DNA of 64,000 bases, filler included, from Candidatus Hydrogenedentota bacterium (GCA_040752395.1; 21 parts of 21 records of this genome joined end to end with filler, not necessarily neighbours in it), one strand, 5' to 3'; counted from the first letter of the whole stretch, positions 1-10,788 are shown. Notes: a model not told the origin generated them from the letters alone. Made by a program: numbers and translations.

Positions 1-213
1 TATGAAAAGAGTCGTGAGTCGCAAGTCGTGAGTCAAAACAGGACTCGAGACTCAAGACTCAAGACTTTTCAGGAGGCTTTTGGCTTCGGGCTCCAGCCGG
101 CTGTAGTCCGTAGCCTGTAGCCTGTAACCTGTCCTGATACCTCTCACTTCTTCCGTTATCTTGCTTCTTGCTTCTACTTGATATTATTATAGTTACAAAG
201 TTTTTCAGAGGAG
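1..213 (+). repeat. Composite intergenic repeat, right part (GAGTC hairpin, GGCT/AGCC hairpin, TCTTGCT tract, TTTTTCAGAGGAG end)
   Basis: Near-identical to copies at 3414-3612, 28441-28785, 46025-46330 and 52290-52575. Confidence 0.97.
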
Positions 214-222
214 TATCTTTGA

Positions 223-912
223 ATGAGTAGTTTAACAGTAATAGTTCCCTCTCTTAACGAAGAAAAGAATATAGAAAATACTTTTAATCGTATCAATAAT
301 GTTGTACCAAAATACTTTGACGATTTTGAGGTCTTACTTTTTAATGATGGCAGCACTGATTCTACCAGTAATATAATCGAAAAAATAAAAGAGCAGAACA
401 AAGATAAAGTGAAAACAATACATCATTCTTTCCCTTGTGGACTCGGTTATGTTTATAAAAAAGGCCTTGAGATAGCTACAAAAGACTATGTGATAATGAT
501 ACCAGGTGATGACCAGATGCTTGAACAGGCTATGATAAATATCTTCGAGTGTAAAGCTAAAGCAGATATGGTTATACCTTATACCTCAAATCAATGGGTG
601 CGACCCCTTTTAAGAAGAGTCGTATCTACAATATATACGACTCTATTAAATATACTTTTCGGTTATAAAATTAGATATTATAATGGAACTGTGCTACATA
701 AACGCGAAATAATACAATCCATAAAGATAACAACAGACAGCTTCTTTTATCAAGCAGAAGCATTAATAAAACTTTTGGGTCATGGTAAAACGTTTATCGA
801 GGTCGGTGTCCCTATCAAGGAACGCGAGGGAGGCAAAACCAAGGCATTTAGTCTGAAAAATATCTACAATGTAATAAAAGACATCATTAAATTAAAATTT
901 TCTTTACTTTAA
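223..912 (+). CDS. Glycosyltransferase family 2 (DPM1-like)
   Basis: VIVPSLNEE, NDGSTD and PGDDQ motifs; GAGGAG from the repeat end lies upstream. Confidence 0.9.
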   Translation: MSSLTVIVPSLNEEKNIENTFNRINNVVPKYFDDFEVLLFNDGSTDSTSNIIEKIKEQNKDKVKTIHHSFPCGLGYVYKKGLEIATKDYVIMIPGDDQMLEQAMINIFECKAKADMVIPYTSNQWVRPLLRRVVSTIYTTLLNILFGYKIRYYNGTVLHKREIIQSIKITTDSFFYQAEALIKLLGHGKTFIEVGVPIKEREGGKTKAFSLKNIYNVIKDIIKLKFSLL

Positions 913-980
913 ATAAATAATCTGTTTTACTTTTTTATTATTTTGCTTTTTTCGTTATCTTTCTTATCCGGAGAATCGAA

Positions 981-1801
981 TTGGATTTTATTAAAAAAGA
1001 AGTTTTCTTTTTATTGGTTCTGTTTTATTCAATAAGTAGTTATGGGTTTGAAAGATTAAATAACAGTATTTTAATAGAGACCGGTAGAGTTGAATTCGAT
1101 AATACTATCAGATTTTTATCTTTTGATATAGCTGATGCTAATTCTTTTTGGGTTGTTGAGAATATTAAACTGGGGGTACCATACGAATTAAATATCGGTT
1201 TTAAACCTGTATATGAGTTTTCAAATAGGTTTAATGACGGCATAAGTGAGATTGAGATCTCACTTTATAAAAGAATATTTGACGAAAAGTTTCGTACACC
1301 TGGCCTTAATTTAAAAGGATTTTTAAAATTCGGTGGTAAAGAAGGTGTATATACAACAACATCTGAGGAAGATTTTGGTATCTTAGTTCATTTACATAAA
1401 AAATTAGAACGGGATTTAAATCTCGGTTTAGAACTCGGCGCTACTTTTAGGGGAGATAAACCGGGTAAAAGAATAGATACCTCTTTTGATTATTGTCTCG
1501 GATTAGAAAAAAAATTAAATAAAAATCTTGATTTCTCTGGTGAACTCTATGGAAACACATCTATCTATGATACCGGTGTTTCAATAATCTCTTTAGGTGG
1601 TGGTTTAAATTACAGACTTACTGATGCTTTTAAACTAAAGAGTTTTATAGGGCTCGGGTTAAATAAACGTGCTCCTGAGGTAGATAGCTCTCTTACTTTA
1701 ACCCTGGGTGTCACCCCGGAGATGGTTAAGAACCCGGTTGCGGAGTTGGATCGTTTGCTTGTCGGCCCGGATGATCCGGTCTATATCGAACGTTACCGTC
1801 G
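981..1801 (+). CDS. Outer-membrane beta-barrel/transporter-like protein (3' end truncated, probably chimeric)
   Basis: Signal peptide, alternating amphipathic strands, LGLNKRAPE motif typical of MetA-pathway-type barrels. Confidence 0.55.
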
Positions 1802-1901
1802 NNNNNNNNNNNNNNNNNNNNNNNNNNNNNNNNNNNNNNNNNNNNTTAATTAATTAANNNNNNNNNNNNNNNNNNNNNNNNNNNNNNNNNNNNNNNNNNN
1901 N
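1802..1901. other. Artificial contig linker (N-run/TTAATTAATTAA/N-run); first of 20 identical linkers
   Basis: The same 100-nt spacer with six-frame stops recurs at 3698, 5570, 7418, 9260, 11053, 12822, 14570, 31473, 33167, 34859, 36525, 38187, 39829, 41468, 43092, 44715, 46331, 47939 and 53342. Confidence 0.99.
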
Positions 1902-2283
1902 ATGCGTATCTGATACTCTACCACCAAAATATTTCTGTACCCATGGTAACCGTAACTGCTCGTCAATCTCAAGCAAACTGCCAGCCCCGTTTAAAGGTAG
2001 AAACATAATACTTCCGACAATGGTCCCTTTTTACTATTTTGGTTACTATGATATTTATGAGGCAACTGATAGTTTTTCTATATTTTCAAATAACAAAAAT
2101 CACTTTTAAAAAGAAAAGAAAAGAAAAGAAAAACGGCAAAGAGGCTTATCAGGTGCCTTACTTTATATATTATATCATTTTTTTCTATTTTTTTATAGGG
2201 TTATTTTTTGTTTTTTTATTGGATTGGGAATTTATAGTAGAATTTTCTTGATTAATATTATTGTAAAAAGATATATTCGACCT

Positions 2284-3174
2284 ATGTTAATTGATTTACA
2301 CTTACATTCTTATTATTCTGATGGTACTGATTCGCCTGATTATCTTATTCAGTCTGCTTTGAAATTGAACCTTAAAATTATCTCTATAACTGACCATGGT
2401 TGTGTAGAATCATATCTTCATACTTGTGCGGCAGCGCCACAAACCAGTTATGATATAAAAACTGCTGATATTGATGTAGAGCAAAAGATTCAAATAATAG
2501 CTGGTGTTGAGATTAACTGTGCTTCTGGTCTTGGCGAGGTTCATATACTTGGATATTATATTGACACAAATAATTCTGATCTGACCGCACTTTTAAATGA
2601 GATACAACATTATAGAGAGGAGCGCGCTTATGAGATGATTTTTAAGTTGAATACAACACAAAATATGAATCTCTCTATAAACGTACTTAAACAGCTCTTC
2701 CCGAATACCATCTCATTTGGTAAACCACATATAGGTTATCTTTTAAAGCATTATAATTATACTAAAAGCATAGAAGAATCTTTTGAAAGATATCTTGATA
2801 AAGGGATGCCGGGTTATGTTCCAAGGCATAAAGTTTTAGTGCCGAGGGCTTGTGAGATTATAAAGAAAGCTGGCGGTATACCGTTTTTAGCACATCCTTT
2901 AGAATTGAAATCATTGCAGACTGGGGTAAGGGTTTTAAAACATCTTGGTGTTATGGGTTTAGAATGTTTTTATAGTAAATATTCCAATCCTGCCCTGTCG
3001 TATGGAAATGCTAAAAATATAGTTGAGGAGCTTATTAGAACAGCAAGGGAGAACAAATTATTTATATGTGGTGGGAGCGATTATCACGGATGGTTAAAAG
3101 ATGTTAAATTTAATGGGGTTGACGTGCCGGCAAGTTATTTAAGAGAATGGATGAGATGTAATGTATATCAATAG
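2284..3174 (+). CDS. PHP domain metal-dependent phosphoesterase (TrpH/YciV-like)
   Basis: IDLHLHSYYSDG, ITDHG, GVEI, LAHP and GGSDYHG motifs; start moved to ATG 2284. Confidence 0.92.
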   Translation: MLIDLHLHSYYSDGTDSPDYLIQSALKLNLKIISITDHGCVESYLHTCAAAPQTSYDIKTADIDVEQKIQIIAGVEINCASGLGEVHILGYYIDTNNSDLTALLNEIQHYREERAYEMIFKLNTTQNMNLSINVLKQLFPNTISFGKPHIGYLLKHYNYTKSIEESFERYLDKGMPGYVPRHKVLVPRACEIIKKAGGIPFLAHPLELKSLQTGVRVLKHLGVMGLECFYSKYSNPALSYGNAKNIVEELIRTARENKLFICGGSDYHGWLKDVKFNGVDVPASYLREWMRCNVYQ

Positions 3175-3281
3175 ATTATGTAATCCGTCAGTTATTGGTG
3201 CGGTAGAATTTACTTAAGAAGCAAGAGGCAAGATGCAAGATTAAGGAAACACCACCGAAGAATGAGGGGATATATAGATTA

Positions 3282-3407
3282 TTATTTATGATTCTGTCTA
3301 TATTCTTTTTCTATTCTCTCTTTAATACTTCTTAAATGGTTCAGTTCGGTCTCCATCTCTTCGATACGTTTAGTGATATTTTTTATGAATTGTTCTAATG
3401 GGCTCAT
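3282..3407 (-). CDS. Small 41-aa coiled-coil protein (not in the ORF track)
   Basis: MSPLEQFIKNITKRIEEMETELNHLRSIKERIEKEYRQNHK; GAGGAG 6 nt before the ATG. Confidence 0.55.
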   Translation of the reverse strand: MSPLEQFIKNITKRIEEMETELNHLRSIKERIEKEYRQNHK

Positions 3408-3413
3408 AATTAT

Positions 3414-3612
3414 CTCCTCTGAAAAACATTGTAACTATAATAATATCAAGTAGAAACAAGAAGCAAGATAACGGAAGAAGTGAGAGGTATCAGGACGGGC
3501 TACAGGCTACGGGCTACGGACTACAGCCGGCTGGAGCCCGAAGCCCGGAGCCTGCTGAAAAGTCTTGAGTCCTGAGTCCTGTTTTGACTCACGACTTGCG
3601 ACTCTTTGACTC
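3414..3612 (-). repeat. Composite intergenic repeat copy
   Basis: Reverse complement of the modules at 1-213. Confidence 0.96.
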
Positions 3613-3828
3613 TATAGACCGATTCAGTGGTTAATGGGTGTAACCGTGGGTTTTGATTCTCTGTGTTTTGCGCTTCTTGGTTTTGGCATCAAAACCANNN
3701 NNNNNNNNNNNNNNNNNNNNNNNNNNNNNNNNNNNNNNNNNTTAATTAATTAANNNNNNNNNNNNNNNNNNNNNNNNNNNNNNNNNNNNNNNNNNNNCAC
3801 TTTTCCAATATTCCATCCCGACGTGTCG

Positions 3829-5284
3829 CATGAGCGTCAACTTAAAATAAGTTTTTGAGTAAAATTTTTTCTGTCGGTTCGTTTGTCATACTTACAGTAG
3901 TAAATAATTTGCGGTAATAGTTTTCTGATGTTATGTTCAAAAAACAAATCAATATTATCAGCAATAAATTGACATAGTTTGTAGAGACTAATAGAGCCGT
4001 CTTTAATTTTTGCAGTTGCGGTCAATACATTAATGTAAGTATGCACTTGAAAGAGCAGTATAAATATCAGCATCATATAAATAATGGCTTCAGTTCGTTC
4101 TTTAGTTAAAGAGCATCCTCTGGGAATAAGTCTTTGAATATGAAAATTGCTTTTCCAGCATTTGAAAATAATTTCTATTCTCCATCGTAACTGATAAATT
4201 TGCGCTATCTGAAGTGGACTAAATGTTTCTTGATCTTCTGTTGTTATAAATAAGAGGTAATCCAACATCTGATAATACTCTTTGCTGTGATTCAAGCGTT
4301 TATCTCTATTAAGTTTGGCTGCTCTTCTTTTTAGATTAGCTTTTTCTTCCGGTAATCTTAAAACAACTAATCTGACCTTCACTTTTTTCTTTTCACCAAT
4401 CAAAACCCATTGGTCAAACTTTCCTGTGGTTGATTTGAGTTGCTTAAGCAAATTTATTTGTTTACCTGTTTTACAATCATAAATGTTTATGCCATAGCGT
4501 AAACGGCTAATAAATAGAACATTATTTTCACTTAGTTTTTCGAGACTATCAAGTGTAAAATATCCCAAATCGCGTAAGACCAAGTCTTCTGATGTGGCAA
4601 TAGAGAGAATATCTTTGGCTTTTGATTGATCGTTATCTGTATAAGGCGTTATTTCAAAATAAACGAAGTTATCTGCAATTAAATCATATATGGCTTGTAT
4701 TTTCAATTGTGATTTTTTTTCACCACCACTTACATTACCGGGAAAACACCAACTCAACCATGCCGGCAATGTTATTACTGTGCTGTCTTGAACTAATATT
4801 CGTTTGATTTTCTTTGACAGCTTATTTTTCTTTACCTCTTTGGAAGTCTTTCTAATTTGTTGTTGTAATAGATCGGTTAAAATTAGAGTCAAAAATTTTA
4901 CAAATCGTGCATTTATTCTTTTCCATATAGCTTGCTTAGAAACAGTTTTACCGTTTATACGACAGTGTTGTCCTGCCCATAATTGAAAACTGTTACTGCC
5001 ATGCATAGCCATAAAAATAAATGCAATCAGTAATGACTTACCTGTCAATTTTTTATTTTTGCGTTGAGTAAAGTGACTGTTCTTTTCGTGTTTGTTGAAA
5101 GAAATCTTTTTGATTATTTGCTCAAAGTTGTTGTATTTTTGCTTTGGGTGATTGCGTATACTTTTGGATTTCATAAAATTCTCAGGTTTTATTTTATCTA
5201 AAAATACGCATTCCACCCCTCTTTTATCTCATTATTTTTCAATAAGTTAGCGGATGTTATCTCATAATTAAGTTGACGCCCATG
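3829..5284 (-). mobile_element. IS4-family (IS231-like) insertion sequence
   Basis: 17-bp terminal inverted repeats CATGAGCGTCAACTTAA (3829-3845) and TTAAGTTGACGCCCATG (5268-5284), 1 mismatch. Confidence 0.92.
3837..5216 (-). CDS. IS4-family DDE transposase
   Basis: QDST, RDLGYF and YQLRWRIEIIFKCWKS (YREK) motifs; ends LS-stop inside the IR. Confidence 0.95.
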   Translation of the reverse strand: MECVFLDKIKPENFMKSKSIRNHPKQKYNNFEQIIKKISFNKHEKNSHFTQRKNKKLTGKSLLIAFIFMAMHGSNSFQLWAGQHCRINGKTVSKQAIWKRINARFVKFLTLILTDLLQQQIRKTSKEVKKNKLSKKIKRILVQDSTVITLPAWLSWCFPGNVSGGEKKSQLKIQAIYDLIADNFVYFEITPYTDNDQSKAKDILSIATSEDLVLRDLGYFTLDSLEKLSENNVLFISRLRYGINIYDCKTGKQINLLKQLKSTTGKFDQWVLIGEKKKVKVRLVVLRLPEEKANLKRRAAKLNRDKRLNHSKEYYQMLDYLLFITTEDQETFSPLQIAQIYQLRWRIEIIFKCWKSNFHIQRLIPRGCSLTKERTEAIIYMMLIFILLFQVHTYINVLTATAKIKDGSISLYKLCQFIADNIDLFFEHNIRKLLPQIIYYCKYDKRTDRKNFTQKLILS

Positions 5285-5413
5285 CGCATTTGCGGGATGA
5301 ATATCTGAATTATATTGATGATATACGTGAATTTGTGAACGCAATAAAAGATGTCATCCCTCAATGAAAATATGCTGTTTTATTATTGATCAATTATAGT
5401 TTTGTCTATAGTA

Positions 5414-5563
5414 ATGTGGAAAATGTTACAACATCCTGAACCAGAAGATTTTGTATTGGCAACCGGAGAAACCCACAGCGTCCGTGAATTCTGTGAACTT
5501 ACTTTCAAAGAACTCGGTATAGAACTCGAATGGAAAGGAAAAAACGAAACCGTCCCAAAGTGA
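5414..5563 (+). pseudogene. gmd: GDP-mannose 4,6-dehydratase internal fragment
   Basis: [29 protein letters not shown]...IELEWKG is the typical Gmd C-terminal segment; no N-terminus. Confidence 0.75.
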
Positions 5564-5669
5564 TGCCTTNNNNNNNNNNNNNNNNNNNNNNNNNNNNNNN
5601 NNNNNNNNNNNNNTTAATTAATTAANNNNNNNNNNNNNNNNNNNNNNNNNNNNNNNNNNNNNNNNNNNN

Positions 5670-6339
5670 AGACGCTATGCATAACATCTTTGATTCTCAT
5701 CTTTGAATGTCCATATGTTCTTCTCGGCAGAACTATGGGAATCTCTTTTACCGAAATATTATTTAGATGAAGAATATATACACTTTCAAAAAAAAGAATA
5801 TCCTTTTGAATGGATAGTATTTAAAAATTCTCTTGGAATCTTATCTAATCTATAAAGTCTATATGCACCGGTTGAATCATAAGGCATTTTTAAAAATATT
5901 TTTGTTAATAAATGGCCTATCCAGGTTAATATTTTTCTACATATATTCCAACTTGCAAGACTATTTTTTTGTAAATACCGTGAACCCACTACCAGATCAG
6001 CTTCATCTGAATTCTTCATAAAATCCCTGATATATTCCGGTGAGTGTGTAAAACGCAATCCATTGTTATTAACTTTGTATAACCATTATCATATGCCCAT
6101 TTAATACCCTCCAAATGAGCACTTCCAATCCCCATCTTGCCTTCGCGATGAATAACATACACTTCGTCATATTTTTTTGCCAAATTGTCAAGAATCTCAC
6201 CGGTCCCATCAGGTGAGTTATCGTCTAAAAAAAGAATATCTAATGGGATATTTAAAACCATTATTTGTGTTAATATGTTTTCAACATTTTTTTCGTTATA
6301 AGTAGGTATAAATACAAGAGTTTTATTTTTCATTTCCAT
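5670..6339 (-). pseudogene. Polyprenol-phosphate mannosyltransferase-like GT2, frameshifted (possibly sequencing error)
   Basis: FIPTYNE, DDNSPDGTG and TMD in one frame; THSP...VVGSRY...DSTGAYR in another. Confidence 0.8.
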
Positions 6340-7273
6340 TCCTTAATTCATATTCCACTAATTTATTGATCATTTCTTCAAAATTAACTGATGGTTCCCA
6401 ACCTGTTTCATCTTTAAGTTTCTTAGGATTCCCTATTAATACTGATTTCTCCTTAGTTACTAAAGAATGATCTATTTGTAGGTATTTTTTAAAATCTAGG
6501 CCAACTTTTTTAAATGCATTTTCAGCAAATTCTTTTACTGTATGCTTTTTCCCAGTCGCAACAATATAATCTCCCGGTTGTTTAAGGCATAATATTTTAT
6601 GCATCGCTTTGACATAATCAGGCGCATATCCCCAATCTATCTCAGCATCTATATCTCCAAGAACTATTTTGTCTATCAATCCCCGGCTGATTTGTACTGC
6701 AGTCTTAATGATCTTTTTTGATACGTATTTATCCATTCTATAAATGGATTCATGATTGTAGAGTATGCCGCAAGACACAAATATAGTATATTGTTTTCTA
6801 TAGTATCTACACGTAAATATTCCTGTTGCTTTTGTTATGCCATAAACATTGTTTGGGTTTATGGCCGTTGTTTCGTCCTGAATACATGTTTCTGTATTTC
6901 CATATTATGAGAAGATGCTGCATAAAAGAGCTTGGTGATAGGTGATGCATGTTTTATTGCCTCTAGAAAATTGATTAGACCAAATACATTAATGTCAAAG
7001 CTCATTTTGAACAAATCCAAATCCTCGTTCTTCTTGTCCTGAGATGCATGGTGATAAGCTGCTAAATAGTATATTTCATCTGGGATAACTTTTCTGACAA
7101 GCTCAATGACCTCCTCAGCATTACAAATATTAATGGTTTTTTTCCCATTCCACCCCACTATGTCGTATGGCGTTTTGATCAATGCCGACTAATTTATAAT
7201 TTTGATTTAACAAGTAATCATACAAGAGTTTACCGTCCTGTCCATTGCTACCAACAATAATCGCTGTTTTCAT
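6323..7273 (-). pseudogene. GDP-mannose 4,6-dehydratase-like NAD-dependent epimerase, frameshifted
   Basis: MKTAIIVGSNGQDG start at 7273; PDEIYYLAA, FYAASS, GILYNHES and DWGYAPDYV split across frames; one shift lies at a poly-A run. Confidence 0.8.
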
Positions 7274-7417
7274 CTACCGATAATCTCTAATTTAGGCAGT
7301 GGGAACACTAATTTTCCACCACTATTTAAATAATTTTGCTCTCTTTCTATGATATTATCTTTAAAATGCCATGGTAGAACCATAAAATATTCCGGCTTCA
7401 TGGCCTTTGCCTCTGCC
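7270..7417 (-). CDS. NDP-sugar C-methyltransferase, C-terminal part
   Basis: KPEYFMVLPWHFKDNII...GGKLVFPLPKLEII motif; stop overlaps the next ATG. Confidence 0.75.
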
Positions 7418-7594
7418 NNNNNNNNNNNNNNNNNNNNNNNNNNNNNNNNNNNNNNNNNNNNTTAATTAATTAANNNNNNNNNNNNNNNNNNNNNNNNNNN
7501 NNNNNNNNNNNNNNNNNGAGAAAGGAAAAATGGGCTATATCACAGCAGCCCTGCCTACCGGCACCTGTCTACCCTGCCTACCGGACACCTGCCT

Positions 7595-9158
7595 GTTATG
7601 TAAAAAGTCAAGCACAAAATAGAAAAATAAAAAGTTCCTTTCGTTTTTACATTAATATATGAAAGAGATAAATCGGAATGATAAATTAATAATGATTTAT
7701 CTCTTTCCTTGTGTTGGGAAAATTTTATGTTTAAGAACAAAGTATAATTTTATTAAATATTATTCAACCTGTTATAAACAGTTCCCGATAATCACCGCAA
7801 CGAATTATCTGCGGTGTCGTGACTGCAAGAAGTAAATTAATATATAATGCGTTGCCGCAATCTGCCGAAGGCAAACTGTTATATTTTGTTGCAAGGCAAG
7901 TACAACGGTCAACACTAATTCAAAGAACAAATACCAATTAAAATTATACTAACTATATTTTATTGTACTACTGAATAAACGTATTCTTTTTCATTCTTCC
8001 AAACATAAATTATTCTACTTAAAAGTTTCTTTGCTATTCTTATTATGGCTTTTTGTTTACTCATTCTTCTTAAATAATTATTATAAGCAAGCGTTAAAGC
8101 AGGATCGTGTCTTATAGCTGTCCAAGCCGATTCTATTAACAGATAACGAAGATACCTATTACCCAGTATGCTTATTCCCAAAACATTATCTTTCTCGCCG
8201 GATGATCGCGTTGATGGGATTAAACCCAAATAACCGGCTAACTTATCTATACTCGAAAATCTTTCAATAGTAATCAGTTCTGCCAAAAGTGTTATTGCTG
8301 TAAGAAAACCTATTCCGGGTACACTTCTGAGTAACTTAATTTCTTTTTCTTTTCCCTGCTCAGTAAAATGATTTTTTATTGATTTTATTATTCGAGTTAG
8401 TCTGGTTCTTACCGTGATTAATTCTTCTATATAAATTTCTAACTGTTCTTTACCCATAGCATATTCAAAATTTAATTCTCGCAAGTGTTCTATAAATTTT
8501 CTTGACCAGTGTTTCATTTCACAATTCTCGGGTAATTTATGCCCATAAAAATTCAGATAACTCTTAATCTGGTTTTTTATTCGTGTTTGTTTTCTTACCT
8601 GCTGATATCTTAACCGACAGAGAGAACGTAGCTCTTGCTCTAATACTGTTGGAATATAAATCCCTCTAAACGAATCATTTCCCAATTCACGGGCTAATTT
8701 CCTTGAATCTACTTTATCTGTTTTCGTTAGTTTTTCTCTACTGCTGGTTGGTATTTCTGTCGGACTTACTACTTTGTTTTTAATCCCTTTTTCTGTCAGC
8801 TCTCTATGTATCCAATATCCGCTATAGCCGGCTTCATATACGCTATAATACTTACCTCCTGGATAATTTCTTTCCATATGTGAGATCAATTCTTTCGGGT
8901 CTGGATTCATTGAAAACGTTTTTAGTACCATTTTGTTACTTCTTATTGTTACCGTCCAGTTTCTTTTGTGTACGTCAATTCCTATATAAAACTGTTGATT
9001 GCTAAAGTCTAAATGCTTATTTTGTTTTTCCATAAGAGCTCCTTTGGTTTGTTTATTTAGTTTCCACTATAAACTTACGAAAGGATGCTCTTTTTTTTCT
9101 ACTATTTCCTTTACTTTCTTTTCCGTAAAATATCTGTTTTTTACTTTTTAAACATAAC
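7595..9158 (-). mobile_element. IS110/IS1111-family element with long downstream non-coding end
   Basis: Recombinase ORF; imperfect inverted ends GTTATGT..AAAAAGT (7595) and ACTTTTTAAACATAAC (9143-9158); boundaries inferred. Confidence 0.65.
7960..9033 (-). CDS. IS110-family DEDD recombinase/transposase
   Basis: YIGIDVHK, YEAG, KTDKVD, SVPGIG and SSGE motifs. Confidence 0.96.
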   Translation of the reverse strand: MEKQNKHLDFSNQQFYIGIDVHKRNWTVTIRSNKMVLKTFSMNPDPKELISHMERNYPGGKYYSVYEAGYSGYWIHRELTEKGIKNKVVSPTEIPTSSREKLTKTDKVDSRKLARELGNDSFRGIYIPTVLEQELRSLCRLRYQQVRKQTRIKNQIKSYLNFYGHKLPENCEMKHWSRKFIEHLRELNFEYAMGKEQLEIYIEELITVRTRLTRIIKSIKNHFTEQGKEKEIKLLRSVPGIGFLTAITLLAELITIERFSSIDKLAGYLGLIPSTRSSGEKDNVLGISILGNRYLRYLLIESAWTAIRHDPALTLAYNNYLRRMSKQKAIIRIAKKLLSRIIYVWKNEKEYVYSVVQ

Positions 9159-9412
9159 TTCTGCCGGTCAGGCAGGGGCAGGCGACAGGTAGAGGCAGGC
9201 GCCGCCCAACACAGCAATGCAGTTTTTAAAAATTAATGCCAATAATTTTATAATAATACNNNNNNNNNNNNNNNNNNNNNNNNNNNNNNNNNNNNNNNNN
9301 NNNTTAATTAATTAANNNNNNNNNNNNNNNNNNNNNNNNNNNNNNNNNNNNNNNNNNNNAGTGTAAAAAATATAATGTATTATAAAATAATGGTTTTACA
9401 GGAGGTTTTTAT

Positions 9413-10060
9413 ATGAGAAGTTTGATTATTTTATTAACAGCATTTGTGTTCGGCTTATGCTATTTTAACTATGGTCTTTTAGCAGAAGAAAAGCTTCATG
9501 AAAAGGAGATATGGAAGTTTAAAGCTCCATCAGAACAATCAAAAGATGTAGAAAAATCAGAACCTGCTGTAGAAGAACCAAAAGAAGCCCCAAAAACCGA
9601 AGAAGCAAAACCAGTTGAAGAAAAAGAAGTCAGTGAAGAAGAAGATACTGAGAAATTAGACGAAAAAAAGATCTGGGAATTTGAAGCACCATCAAAAGAT
9701 ATTAAAGAAGAAAAACCACTCGAAGAAAAGAGAAAAGAAGAAGTAAAACCTGCTTTAGAAAAGAAAGTTGAGACAAAAGAAGTACCAGTTCAACCAGCAG
9801 TATCGACTGCTAAAAAAGGTATAAAGGGATTTGTTATATCCATTGATGAAAATAGCATAGTTATTGTTGATGATAAAAATCAAAATCATTCATTCAAAAT
9901 TACTAAAGCTACAAAATTCATTGATGCGAATAAGGGTTCCGGGCTTGTTAAAGCCTCTGAGATTGAAGTTAACGAGAGGGTTAGAGTGGATTGTAAAGAG
10001 AACGAGCCTGAAAATGCTTATCAGGTAGTTCAATTAATCACGTCTCGTATAAAAAAGTAA
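9413..10060 (+). CDS. Secreted hypothetical protein with an E/K/P-rich linker and a C-terminal beta domain
   Basis: GGAGG RBS, signal peptide, long ORF. Confidence 0.75.
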   Translation: MRSLIILLTAFVFGLCYFNYGLLAEEKLHEKEIWKFKAPSEQSKDVEKSEPAVEEPKEAPKTEEAKPVEEKEVSEEEDTEKLDEKKIWEFEAPSKDIKEEKPLEEKRKEEVKPALEKKVETKEVPVQPAVSTAKKGIKGFVISIDENSIVIVDDKNQNHSFKITKATKFIDANKGSGLVKASEIEVNERVRVDCKENEPENAYQVVQLITSRIKK

Positions 10061-10246
10061 CTTATTGATTGCTGTATAAATAACAGGACTTGAGTCCATT
10101 CTGGTTTTTCTTGTTTCCGCATTTTGATATTTTTTTAGATGAGATGTGGAAAAATACCACATAAAAACTTTTTTTAAGTAAAAACTTGACTAAAATTTTT
10201 TTTCGATTAAAAATATAATACTTTTATTAATCTGGAGTAAAAGATA

Positions 10247-10777
10247 TTGAGTAATTTAGCTAAACAGATAAAAGAAATAACCGGCGAAAATGTTTATTTG
10301 TGTTATCAGTGTGAAAAGTGTTCAAGCGGATGTCCTGTTTCCGTGGAGATGGATCTTGTTCCGACGCAGATAATGCATAGCTGTCAGCTCAATCTTAAAG
10401 ATAAAATTTTTGATGCAAATACTATCTGGTTATGTGCTTCTTGCGAAACCTGTACCACAAGATGCCCGCAAGGTATAGATATAGCCAGGGTTATGGATGG
10501 TTTAAGAATAATCAGCCGACGCGAAAAAATCAAAGCAAAGATACCATCGGTCCCGCTCTTTTATAATCTTTCTCTTCTTTCGATTAGATTTGTTGGTAGT
10601 ATTTTTGAAGGACCTGTTGCAGGATTTATGAGGCTTTGCTCAGGCACAATTTTGAAAGATATGCCGCTCGCTATGGAGATGCTGAAAAAAGGCAAACTTA
10701 AAATATTCCCTAATTTCAGAAATATATTTAAAATAAACAGTGTTTTTAGAAAAGTTAAAAAATATGAGGAGTTTTAA
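10247..10777 (+). CDS. hdrC: Heterodisulfide reductase subunit C-like 4Fe-4S protein
   Basis: CYQCEKCSSGCP and IWLCASCETCTTRCP. Confidence 0.9.
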   Translation: MSNLAKQIKEITGENVYLCYQCEKCSSGCPVSVEMDLVPTQIMHSCQLNLKDKIFDANTIWLCASCETCTTRCPQGIDIARVMDGLRIISRREKIKAKIPSVPLFYNLSLLSIRFVGSIFEGPVAGFMRLCSGTILKDMPLAMEMLKKGKLKIFPNFRNIFKINSVFRKVKKYEEF

Positions 10778-10788
10778 AAAAGATAAAA

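Noticed and set aside
1700-1801. Abrupt GC-rich tail on the beta-barrel ORF
   Set aside because: Lies at a contig end and is most likely an amplification or assembly chimera
5670-7273. Cluster of frameshifts as programmed frameshifting or phase variation
   Set aside because: Several indels in one short contig, some at homopolymers; sequencing error or simple decay is more likely
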